A stretch of DNA of 64,000 nucleotides, taken from an uncultured Pseudomonadota bacterium. GTDB lineage: Bacteria > Pseudomonadota > Gammaproteobacteria > Burkholderiales > SG8-39. The stretch covers positions 29,309-93,308 of the forward strand of contig CAWFPL010000004.1 in NCBI GenBank assembly GCA_963817785.1. The letters run 5' to 3'. Positions 55,578-64,000 of this stretch are shown here, one piece after another (positions within the stretch are counted from its first letter, which is position 1; every line of letters starts with the position of its first letter). A program made the translations under genes and the position numbers. Under the pieces are notes generated by a model. That model saw only the letters and a list, made by a program, of their open reading frames with translations, searched no databases and was not told where the DNA came from.

Positions 55578-56540
55578 ATTACGACATCATCGGCGACATC
55601 CACGGCCACGCTGACGCACTCAAGGCATTGCTCCAGGACATGGGCTACCAAAACAGCCGCGGTGCGTGGCGTCACCCTAGTCGCAAGGCGATCTTCGTCG
55701 GCGACTTCATCGACCGGGGGCCGAAGCAGGTCGAGTCTGTGGAGATCGTCCGTCGCATGGTGGATACTGACGCGGCGCTGGCGGTAATGGGCAATCACGA
55801 GTTCAATGCCATCGCCTAGTTTCTCCCCGACGAACGAAACCCGGGCGAATACGTGCGCCCCCATCATGCGCCGAAGTACGGCGACAAGAATTTTCAACAG
55901 CACAAAGCGTTCTTGAACGAAGTCATCGGCATGCCGCTCCACAAGGAGATCATCGACTGGTTTCTGACGTTGCCGCTTTGGCTCGATCTTCCCGGACTGC
56001 GCGTCGTCCACGCTTGCTGGCACCAGCGGTTCATGGACTTTCTCGCGCCGAAACTGGCGCCAGGCCATAGGCTCACAAGCGATCTGATGGTTGAAGCGAG
56101 CCGCGAGCCGGACGACGAGTCCGTTAAGGACGACGCGGAGCCATCTGTCTTCAAAGCGGTGGAGGCGCTGACCAAAGGCATCGAAATCCCGCTTCCAAAG
56201 CCTCACTCGTTCAAAGACAAGGATGGGCACGAGCGAAGCCGGGTACGCGTTCGCTGGTGGGACCAGAATGCCGTTACCTACAAACGGACCGCGATGTTAC
56301 TCGACGATGAGGCACGCAACAAGCTTCCCGGAAACGCCGATACCCGACCACGTTCGAATCGGAGACGGCGGCGGCAATCCGATCTTCATCGGCCACTACT
56401 GGTTGACCGGGACGCCAGAGCTGCGATCCAAGAAGGTGGCGTGCGTGGATTACAGCATCGCGAGGGGCGGTAAGCTCGTAGCTTATCGTTGGGACGGGGA
56501 AAACGAACTGTCGTCGACGAATCTAGTTTCGCTCCGTTGA
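55574..56540 (+). pseudogene. Calcineurin-like metallophosphoesterase (PrpE/ApaH-like) with an in-frame TAG and one frame change
   Basis: MNYDIIGDIHGHADAL, IFVGDFIDRGP, VMGNHEFNAIA then TAG (55817-55819), where homologues as I recall them have Trp. The same frame resumes FLPDE...VVHACWH. A frame change near 56335 precedes IFIGHYWL... Confidence 0.8.
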
Positions 56541-56599
56541 GCGAAGGCTGAGCGTAGCCCGTGGGCAGAACAAAGTTGTATTGCGCCGGCTACAGGTGA

Positions 56600-57745
56600 C
56601 GCAAGTTCGTGACGTTGACGGTAAAAATTTTGTAGAAAAATCTGGTTCGTCAGTAGAAATTGTGGGCGAGTTGCGGCTCGGGTAGTTTGCCAAGTGCATG
56701 ATATAGCGCGATTTCGGTGACCGGAAGGTGCGAAAGCCGTAGGATTTTCTCATGGTGACTTTGGCCTTGTTGTTCAGGCCCTCGACGACGCCGCTGGAGA
56801 ACTCCTTTCTGGCGCGGAAGTAGTTGAGCATCAGCTCGCGATGGTCGCGCAGGGTGCGGGCGAATTTCTTCATCGGCTCGATGCGCGAGCGCATGACCTG
56901 GCGTGCACCACTCGTCGAGGAACTTGCCGGCCCAGGTCGGCGAGTCGTAGTCCCAGAATTGCTGGAAGTCTTCCTTGAGCAGGTAGGCGCGCACGCTCTT
57001 GCAGGTTGTAGCGCAGCAGATCGCGCAGCCGGAAGCGCTGCTGTGTCGGTCAGGTTCTCCGGGCGCTTGAGCAGGCACCAGCGGGACTTCTTGAGCACCG
57101 GCTCGTAGCCGTCCTGCGACCATGCGGCGCGCCTCGGCGGCGCGCACCTCGTCGAGCGCCTCGTTCATCTTGGCCACGATGTGGAAGCGGTCGAGGATGT
57201 TGAGCGCGTTGGTGCAGTGCTCGCGGATCACCTCCAGGTAGGGCTTCCACATGTCCGAGCAGACGAACTCGATCTTCGGCGCCAGTTCCTTGCCGATCAG
57301 GGTGAAGAACTGCTCGAAGCTCTCGATGGTGCGCTCCTTGCCGACCCACAGCAGGCGGGTGCAGCCGGCTTCGATCTGGTAGACCAGCGTCAGGTACTTG
57401 TGGCCCTTGGCCGTATGCGATCTCGTCGACGCCGATGGCCCGGATCGGCACCGAGCTCCCGGTGCTCCAGCCCCCACTGCACGACGTACTCGACCGCCTG
57501 GCAGACCTTCTCCCAGGTGGTGCGGAACGCTCCGGCGGTCTCCTTCCACGACAGCTTGCGCGCCCAGTGCGCCAGAAACAGCATGTAGGCCTTGGTCAGG
57601 GTGTGCTTGCCCGTGCGGCCCAGGGCACCTGCTCGACCTTGACCCCGCAAGCGCCGCACTCGACCCGGCGCATGCGGTAGAGCAGCACCACCGCGAAGCC
57701 CCACACCGGGATGAACTCGAAGCGGCGCTGCGGCAGCTGAAGAAC
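56600..57745 (-). mobile_element. ISL3-family element remnant (transposase in several frames, N-terminal end missing)
   Basis: HKYLTLVYQIEAGCTRLLWVGKERT, FVCSDMWKPYLEVIREH, ILDRFHIVAKMNEALDEVR, RIEPMKKFARTLRDHRELMLNYF, VVEGLNNKAKVTMRKSYGFRTF. It is unrelated at DNA level to the ISL3 copy at 6389-7663. Confidence 0.75.
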
Positions 57746-57892
57746 AGTACGAAGCGTTACTTGCGCTCAGGCAGCCCACCGAGACTTATAGTAACGTCAT
57801 CGGTAGACTACTACGGACTGTTACCGGAAATATCGGGTCTGCTTCGTGTAATATTTATATAATCCATAAGTTACCATTGCATTAATGGCGTT

Positions 57893-59158
57893 ATGGCTCG
57901 CTGGCGCTTGGTAACCCGAATGGCAGCCCACGTTCACAATTTCATTAGCCCTAAAAAGCAGGACCAATTGCCGCGTGGACTGCTGTTCATTTCCATTGCA
58001 CTGTTTTGCGGCTTAGTCGGTGCGCACTCGAATCAGCCGACCACCCACAGCCCCAACAACACCTGGACGTATGTCGTAGCACCCCGATTTGACAACGCCG
58101 GTTCCTTTTCTGAAGGACTCGCCGCCGTAGAGGTTGCCGGTAAGTGGGGATTCATCGACAAGTCTGGGAAGCTGGTAATCGAAGCCCAATTCAATCCGGG
58201 CCAAGCGCAATACAACGCCAATTTTTCGGACGGCCTTGCAGCGGTGAATTTCGCTAGCGGTAAAGGATGGTCCGGAGTCCCGCCTGCCGGTACACAGTGG
58301 GGATTCATAGACAGAACTGGAGCGGTTGTTATTAACCCGCAATTTTCAGGCGATTACTATAGCCCGCCATATTTTGCGGAGGGTCTGGCTGTCATTCGGT
58401 TTGGTGAAAAGTACGGCTATATCGACAAGACCGGGAAGGTGGCCATTGCGCCGATTTTCGATAGTGCGTATCGGTTTTCAAGCGGACTCGCAGTCGTAAG
58501 AATCGGAGAAAAGGAAGGCTACATCGACAAGACTGGCAAATTTGCAATCAAGCCGGCTCTTGAGTCCGCTGGGTCATTCTCCGAGGGCTTAGCGACGGTC
58601 ACGCTAGGAGGCAAAGACGGGTTGATCGACAAGAGCGGCAAAGTAGTGGTCGAGCCACGCTTCGACTCGATAGACCAATTCTCAGACGGACTGGCCGGGT
58701 TCACAGTCGAGCACTTCTCACACATCGATAAGAATGGCCTGCCGGTTAGCAATTCGGAGACCTCAAGCGGAACGAAATTCGGCTATATCGACAACGCAGG
58801 TCGAATAGTCATTGCACCGCAGTTCAATCCAACGTTTCTCAATTTCTTGATCAGTTATTTCTCCGAGGGTCTGGCCGTTATCGAGTTTGGCGCACAAACA
58901 AGCGAACATGTAGATTTCGGAGCAACAGGCAAGTTCGGTTACATCAATAAAAAGGGGCGGTTAGTTATAAATCCAAAGTTCGACGACGCATTGTCGTTCT
59001 CCGAGGGCTTGGCAGCTGTGCGTGTCGGGGGCAAGTGGGGCTACATCGATAAGACTGGGCGAATAGTGATCGCGCCGCAGTTCGACGACGCTGATAGCTT
59101 TTCCGACGGCCGCGCCAAAGTACAGATCGGCCGCAAATACGGCTTCATTGCCAGATAG
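57893..59158 (+). CDS. WG-repeat (KWG-type) protein with N-terminal signal/anchor
   Basis: About 11 units of F.EGLA.V...GKWGFIDKSGK.VI.PQFD, plus an N-terminal hydrophobic segment LLFISIALFCGLVGA. Confidence 0.85.
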   Translation: MARWRLVTRMAAHVHNFISPKKQDQLPRGLLFISIALFCGLVGAHSNQPTTHSPNNTWTYVVAPRFDNAGSFSEGLAAVEVAGKWGFIDKSGKLVIEAQFNPGQAQYNANFSDGLAAVNFASGKGWSGVPPAGTQWGFIDRTGAVVINPQFSGDYYSPPYFAEGLAVIRFGEKYGYIDKTGKVAIAPIFDSAYRFSSGLAVVRIGEKEGYIDKTGKFAIKPALESAGSFSEGLATVTLGGKDGLIDKSGKVVVEPRFDSIDQFSDGLAGFTVEHFSHIDKNGLPVSNSETSSGTKFGYIDNAGRIVIAPQFNPTFLNFLISYFSEGLAVIEFGAQTSEHVDFGATGKFGYINKKGRLVINPKFDDALSFSEGLAAVRVGGKWGYIDKTGRIVIAPQFDDADSFSDGRAKVQIGRKYGFIAR

Positions 59159-59312
59159 CTCCGACAAGGCTTTCTAAACAAAATCTAGACACGAAGCCGC
59201 CAGAACGGCCTATTTTCATAATAACCTATGGTTTTTACTGGCGTCCCCACGGGGACTTGTGGCTGAGGTCAATGCCGTGCGCGTCCCGTGGGAGGTTCGT
59301 CTGGCTGCCTGA

Positions 59313-60300
59313 ATGCTCACGTCCATCTCCGATCGGCGGCATCAGCCGCCGACTCTTAGCGCAGTGCTGACCCCATGTATTCCCCGATGCGATCGGTGGC
59401 AGGGTGACCATCGATCGCGTCTGCAAGCCATGCAATGATTGGCTTGGCGCCAATGTCGATGTGTTGCTCACCGATCACGATCTGATCTTGATTAAACGCG
59501 CTCAGCTCGGGGTGCGCGATAGCGGCGGAAATGTCATCAACCCGTGGAAGGACGTATTTCGTCGCGGAGTGATGGCCAATGATCCGGCGCAAAGAGTCGA
59601 GCTTGACCACGACGAAGACAGCGGAGAACTTGTTCCGCGGGTTCTGTATAAGTCCACCAGAACAACGCTGGACAACGGAAATCAGCTCCTGCAAATCACG
59701 ATCGACGCGAGCAAGGCGGATGAAATCGGAAAGATCATCGAGCGGACGCGACAGAGGGAGGGGTTGCCGCCGTTGTCGGAGAAGGAGCTCAGCGATCAGG
59801 TCGCGGCTGCGAAGGCGAATGTGCGCCGCATAGATCAGCCCGAAGTGAAGTACGGAATTGACGTGGATGTCAGGGCCTACAAACGCGCTGTCTGCAAAAG
59901 CGCATATGAGCTGGCGTGGCAATGGCTCGGCGACGACTACCTGGAGGACCCTGTCGCGGTGAACTTGCGGGATCTGATCCTCAAAGATGCCAAGGACGAA
60001 ATCCGAGGTTCGATCGATCTGACTGGAGACACGCCCGCACTACTGCCGTGGAAGAGCGAAGGGTGCGCCCATGTAGGGATCGGCCAGAGAGTAGCCGGGC
60101 ATCTTTGCATTGCTATCCGCATCTTTGACGTGGTATCTGGCGTAATCGATGTCAGCGACACGGAAGATAAATATCGAAGCCGGGGCCGGTCGCTTGGGGA
60201 AGGTCTTTTTGTCCTGAACGATCCGCAGACCGGCGCCTTGCGGCAATCCACGCTCGTGGAGGAATTGCTCCGCCTGAGCAGCCGATCGCGCCGCGGCTAG
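59313..60300 (+). CDS. HNH-like (HNH_5-type) nuclease-domain protein with large C-terminal domain; frame change near 59375
   Basis: PHVFPDAIGGRVTIDRVCKPCNDWLGANVD resembles the EH(I/V)xPxALGG....VCxxCNxxxGxxVD pattern. An in-frame TGA lies just upstream of PHVFP. A possible N-terminus, MLTSISDRRHQPPTLSAVLT, is in another frame. Confidence 0.4.
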
Positions 60301-60496
60301 AAAGCCCTTGGCCAACATTGCGCCGCCTAGGGCAGACCCCGAGCGAGGAAGGGGCCACCCCTAACCCCTTGAATTCCCCGCCTCTTCTCCCATTCCCGGA
60401 CCGGCCAGAAAACAGGCCATTTATTCGGCCATACTTTGTCCTTACGCCTTACTAACATGCTGATATATTGTATTTAGTGTTGATAGGAAAGCGGAC

Positions 60497-61711
60497 ATGA
60501 AAGCGGCCAAAAAACCGGCCAAAGACCGGGGGGAGTCCATCAGCCTGATGGAGCCGCTTCTCATCGGCCAAACTTCGCGCCATCGCGAGGTTTTGACCGA
60601 TCTCGCCATGGAGCTCGGGCGGAGAAGCACCGGTTTCCGCCGTTCGCTTCCAGGATCTTTGACCGCCTCCCTTGCCGACCTCGTACGGGCGATGAACTGC
60701 TATTACAGCAACCTCATCGAAGGGCATGACACCCACCCGATCGACATCGAGAGCGCCCTGAAAGGCGACTACAGCAAGGACGCGAAGAAGCGCGATCTCC
60801 AGCTTGAGGCCAAGGCGCACATCGAAGTGCAGAAATGGATAGACGGCGGCGGCCTCGCAGGCAGGGCCGTGACCGCCGACGGTATCCGCGAGATCCACCG
60901 GCGCTTTTGCGGTCATCTGCCCGAAGATCTGCTGTGGGTCGAAGACCCGAAAACCAAGGAGCGGAGCAAAGTCATTCCCGGCGAATTCGGCCACCGCGAC
61001 GTCGAGGTGGGTGAGCATATTCCGGTGAGCGCACCGGCGGTGCCGCGCTTCCTGAAGCGCTTTGAAGAGGTTTATGGTGGTCTCCGTATCACCGAGACCA
61101 TTCTCGCCGCTGCCGCCGCACACCACCGCCTTGTCTGGATTCACCCGTTCCTTGACGGCAATGGCCGCGTCGCCCGGCTTATGTCGCACGCGACTTTGCT
61201 GGAGGCGCTGGACACCGGCGCAATCTGGTCGATTGCGCGCGGGCTCGCACGCCGTGTCAACGACTATAAGGCCCACCTTGTCGCCTGCGACCTCCAACGT
61301 CGCAACGATCTTGATGGCAGGGGATCGCTGAGCGAGGAGAACCTCGCCGAATTCACAAGGTTCTTCCTAGAGATCTGCCTTGACCAGGTCACCTTCATGG
61401 AAGGGCTGATGCAGCCCGATCAGCTGCGCGCGCGCATTCTGCTGTGGGCGCAAGAGCAGATTTACCTAGATAAGTTGCCGCAAAAGGCGGAACTCATTCT
61501 TGAAGCCGTTTTGTACCGGGGAGAACTGCCCCGTGCCGATACCGCCGGCATTCTTGGAGTGAGCGATCGTCAGGCCCGCCGGATCGTGTCCGCCCTCATG
61601 GAACACGAGGTGCTCCAGTCCGAGAGCACGCGCGCGCATTTGCGCCTCGCGTTTCCCGCGAAGCTTGCGTCGCGCTGGATGCCGGGGCTCTTTCCCGAAA
61701 AGACAGCCTGA
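60497..61711 (+). CDS. Fic-family protein (AMPylase type) with inhibitory-helix motif and C-terminal wHTH-like region
   Basis: HPFLDGNGRVARLMSH is the Fic core HxFx(D/E)GNGRxxR. YYSNLIEG upstream fits the (S/T)xxxE(G/N) auto-inhibition motif. Intact 404 aa. Confidence 0.9.
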   Translation: MKAAKKPAKDRGESISLMEPLLIGQTSRHREVLTDLAMELGRRSTGFRRSLPGSLTASLADLVRAMNCYYSNLIEGHDTHPIDIESALKGDYSKDAKKRDLQLEAKAHIEVQKWIDGGGLAGRAVTADGIREIHRRFCGHLPEDLLWVEDPKTKERSKVIPGEFGHRDVEVGEHIPVSAPAVPRFLKRFEEVYGGLRITETILAAAAAHHRLVWIHPFLDGNGRVARLMSHATLLEALDTGAIWSIARGLARRVNDYKAHLVACDLQRRNDLDGRGSLSEENLAEFTRFFLEICLDQVTFMEGLMQPDQLRARILLWAQEQIYLDKLPQKAELILEAVLYRGELPRADTAGILGVSDRQARRIVSALMEHEVLQSESTRAHLRLAFPAKLASRWMPGLFPEKTA

Positions 61712-61920
61712 GAACCGCGGCGCGGCAGCACCTCCAGCGCCCCCACCCGCCACTACCACCGGGCTTGAAGGCGCCGGGCAGGCTTATACCGGCCTGGCCA
61801 GCAGGCGATCACCTTCTGGAAATACATCGTCATCACCATCAGCATCGTTGCCATCTCCGTCATGACTTTGCGTCATCGGGTGGACGAATGTGGGATGGCG
61901 CTCGAATGCGAGCCGCGGGC

Positions 61921-62100
61921 TCAGAGCAGGTCGAGCTGATGTGGTTGTGCGGCGGCGGGTGCGCGGGGCGCGCGTAGCTGTCGGCGCAGCGTGGGGCTGA
62001 GATAGCAGCGGGCGATGAGCACCGCGGTGTGACGCGAGGCTCGGTGATCGAGCCCGGCGGCAGCCCGCCTCGGGCCTCGAGCAGATCGCATTGTTAACGG
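61921..62100 (-). pseudogene. Possible tyrosine-recombinase C-terminal remnant
   Basis: Tail of ORF 61921..62247: LDHRASRHTAVLIARCYLSPTLRRQL...HQLDLL*. This is only a vague resemblance to the LGH....T..Y end of integrases. Confidence 0.2.
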
Positions 62101-62535
62101 TGGCGTAAATCCGCGTGATTCCGGGGTTTTGATGCGCCGCGCGGTGTTGGCAGGCGCGTTTTGAGCTGGAATTCTCAATCGGCTTTGCGGAGGGTGTGGG
62201 GGTGGCGCCCCCCCGTCCTCTGAAGAGTGCGTTCGGACCATCGTCATGATGACCGAACGCGCGCCGTGTACGCGCGGTGTGAATCAACAACCCATGTGGG
62301 CGGGCCGGCACCGCTTCGGCCGCGACCGCGCGTCTCTGGATTGGCTATGCTTGCGGCCTCGCCGAAAATGACGAAGGCCCGGGCAGGTTCTTGGTCGGAC
62401 CCCCGGGCTTTCAGCGCCGCGGCTCGCGTGAGAATGCGCCTCGCGCGCCCAACTCGCGCTCGACCTCGTCGTGAAAGCGTATCCACGCGGCACGTGCCTG
62501 CGGCGACAAGATCGAGCACCACCGGGCTGAGGCAG

Positions 62536-62582
62536 CCGCGCTCGATCGCGGCTTGATCGGGGCTCACATAGCGGCCGCACAT
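62536..62582 (-). pseudogene. SRAP (YedK-like, SOS-response-associated peptidase) N-terminal ~15 codons only
   Basis: MCGRYVSPDQAAIER matches the invariant MCGR(Y/F) start of SRAP proteins. The reading becomes non-protein-like afterwards. Confidence 0.4.
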
Positions 62583-62959
62583 ACCCGCTCAATGCGGGCG
62601 CAAACCGCCCGAGCGGGCGCGTAACCGCCTGTACCCCGCACGGAAGATTTCCATGGGCGCCTCGAGGAACTCCGGCCGATCGGCGACGAGGTGCGTGAGC
62701 TCGATCGTGCGGGCGCCGCGGGCGTAGGCTTCGCGCGCCGGGCGCTCCGCGGGCAACCGGGCGGGCAAGCCCGCCACCTCGACGTGTTCCTCGGATCGCG
62801 GATGTCGTGGGGCTGATGCCGCATGCTCCAAAATGCGCCCGGTGCATGCGCGTGAGCGCTCGCGGCGAGGCCGGATGGCGGCATGATGACGCGTCCTGAT
62901 CATGATGTACGCCACAGTATAAACTCCTTGGGTCATGTCCACTTTGACGGGGAGTTACG

Positions 62960-63202
62960 ATGTCGGACGAGGATCTGAAGGCCGAGCTCGAGCGCTTGCG
63001 TAACGAGAACGCTGCGCTCAAAAAGGGGGCTGCCACTGGCATTACCATGAAAGTCAGCGAGAAGGGCGCGCTCTCGATCTATGGGATGGGGCGTTTCCCG
63101 GTAACGCTTTACAAGGAGCAGTGGCTCAAGCTCCTGGGAATGTCCGATGTCATCCGGGCGTTCATCGAGGCGAACGAGGGACGATGGAAGGCGAAGGGAT
63201 GA
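62960..63202 (+). CDS. small hypothetical protein (80 aa, N-terminal coiled coil)
   Basis: Intact ORF MSDEDLKAELERLRNENAALKK...FPVTLYKEQWLKLLGMSDVIRAFIEANEGRWKAKG. Confidence 0.5.
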   Translation: MSDEDLKAELERLRNENAALKKGAATGITMKVSEKGALSIYGMGRFPVTLYKEQWLKLLGMSDVIRAFIEANEGRWKAKG

Positions 63203-63528
63203 CACGCGAGGAGCGGCAGACCCAAGAAGCTTAGAGCACCTATTGGCGCGCCCTCGGAGCTCGAGCTTCCCATTTTACGAGCACGGCGTGCAGGCGCGGG
63301 GCCGCAGGCATCGGGAACGCGATAGCGGCGACACGGCGCCTCGCGAGCATGAAGGTCACACGGCCCGCGGGCTGTGCGCGGCGCGGGTTCCTCGCGAAGA
63401 GCGCTTGCGGGCCGTGCTCCAAGCCGACGCCGCAGCGCAATCGCCGCGTTTCTTAGTGGTGGGAATCAGCTTGAGCGAGACGCCGCCTCAAGCTGGGTGG
63501 CGCACTAAGGGGTGCGGGGTGGCTATGC

Positions 63529-64000
63529 TCAGGGTTTGCGGCGTTGGTGGCGTGCTCGAGTCGCGGCGCGCGCGAGTGCTGCTTCATGCCTGTCGGCGTC
63601 GTTTAGGAGTTCCGACGCAAACTCGTCTAGATTCTCCTCGAACGCTTGACTGGCCTCGACCACGAGCTCGCGCTGCACGGCCTCAAGCCTCGCCTTCTCG
63701 GGTTCTTTCAGCATGGGAACACGTGCAAGGAGCGCCTGGAGCTCATCGCAAAAGGGAAAGCGTTCCTTGGTGAGCTCGCCCATAGGGCCGCCAGGGCGCA
63801 GGGGCTGCGCGGCGCCGAGCAGCTCCGCATTGATACGGGCGCAGAGGGCACCCTTGCGCTCGCCGACGAAATCGTCGAACACCGCCACGGCCTCGGGCTC
63901 CTCGATATCTCTGAGCCAATGCGCGCACAGGCGCCGCGGGTCGATCGAGCGGGGCACGCGTGTCGCGTCGAAGAAGATCGTATCGTGATTGCGCCCGAGC
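63529..64000 (-). CDS. hypothetical protein, 5' end beyond the window
   Basis: The frame of ORF 63529..63957 stays open to the window edge (...LGRNHDTIFFDATRVPRSIDPRRLCAHWL...). Confidence 0.45.
   Translation of the reverse strand, partial: LGRNHDTIFFDATRVPRSIDPRRLCAHWLRDIEEPEAVAVFDDFVGERKGALCARINAELLGAAQPLRPGGPMGELTKERFPFCDELQALLARVPMLKEPEKARLEAVQRELVVEASQAFEENLDEFASELLNDADRHEAALARAATRARHQRRKP

Noticed and set aside
59160-59400. Hairpin-rich intergenic DNA (GTCCCCACGGGGAC etc.) as a tRNA or ncRNA gene
   Set aside because: No cloverleaf could be drawn and there are no conserved T-loop or anticodon-arm features. I found no tRNA or rRNA signature anywhere in the window.

Overview
The window does not read as one natural locus. 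It looks like a mosaic of at least four unrelated blocks, and genes are cut off at every joint.

Block A (1-22523) is high-GC and actinobacterial in type. It holds a soxR-like regulator and an MFS pump, a run of small plasmid/ICE-like genes on the + strand, and a DprE1-like gene broken by an ISL3 element. It also holds a pile-up of IS21, IS1380, IS4 and IS3 elements and two tyrosine-recombinase remnants. The small-gene region has three near-identical promoter/operator sites and seven copies of a 25-bp motif.

An orphan 134-aa ORF (22524-22928) sits exactly between two breaks.

Block B (22929-41729) is very high-GC and alphaproteobacterial in type. It encodes a FixJ/FixL-like pair, a REC-only regulator, a BON protein, ppsA, a pfkB-like kinase, a host-attachment protein, a gltD-like oxidoreductase, PFOR, a DHOD-like protein and a large repeat adhesin. 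Four TTGA-N6-TCAA (FixK/FNR-type) boxes precede these units.

Block C (~41730-47790) is AT-rich. It has 13 tightly packed minus-strand ORFs that look viral: many small membrane proteins, two hyperbasic proteins, a lysis-type enzyme and a capsid-like fragment. It is truncated at both ends.

Block D (~47790-64000) has intermediate GC and the feel of a defence or accessory island. It holds a 5'-truncated PLD nuclease translationally coupled to a 1105-aa SF2/SNF2 helicase. It also holds an NrtR-like Nudix regulator, an ADP-ribosylglycohydrolase, a Sel1-repeat protein and a metallophosphoesterase. The rest is an ISL3 remnant, a WG-repeat protein, an HNH-like protein, a Fic protein and a stretch of gene fragments.

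Many single-copy genes in blocks A and B change reading frame repeatedly, while the multi-copy IS transposases and all of block C are intact. This suggests indel-type assembly errors, or real decay.

I found no rRNA, tRNA or CRISPR array. All family assignments come from reading motifs by eye; no database search was run.
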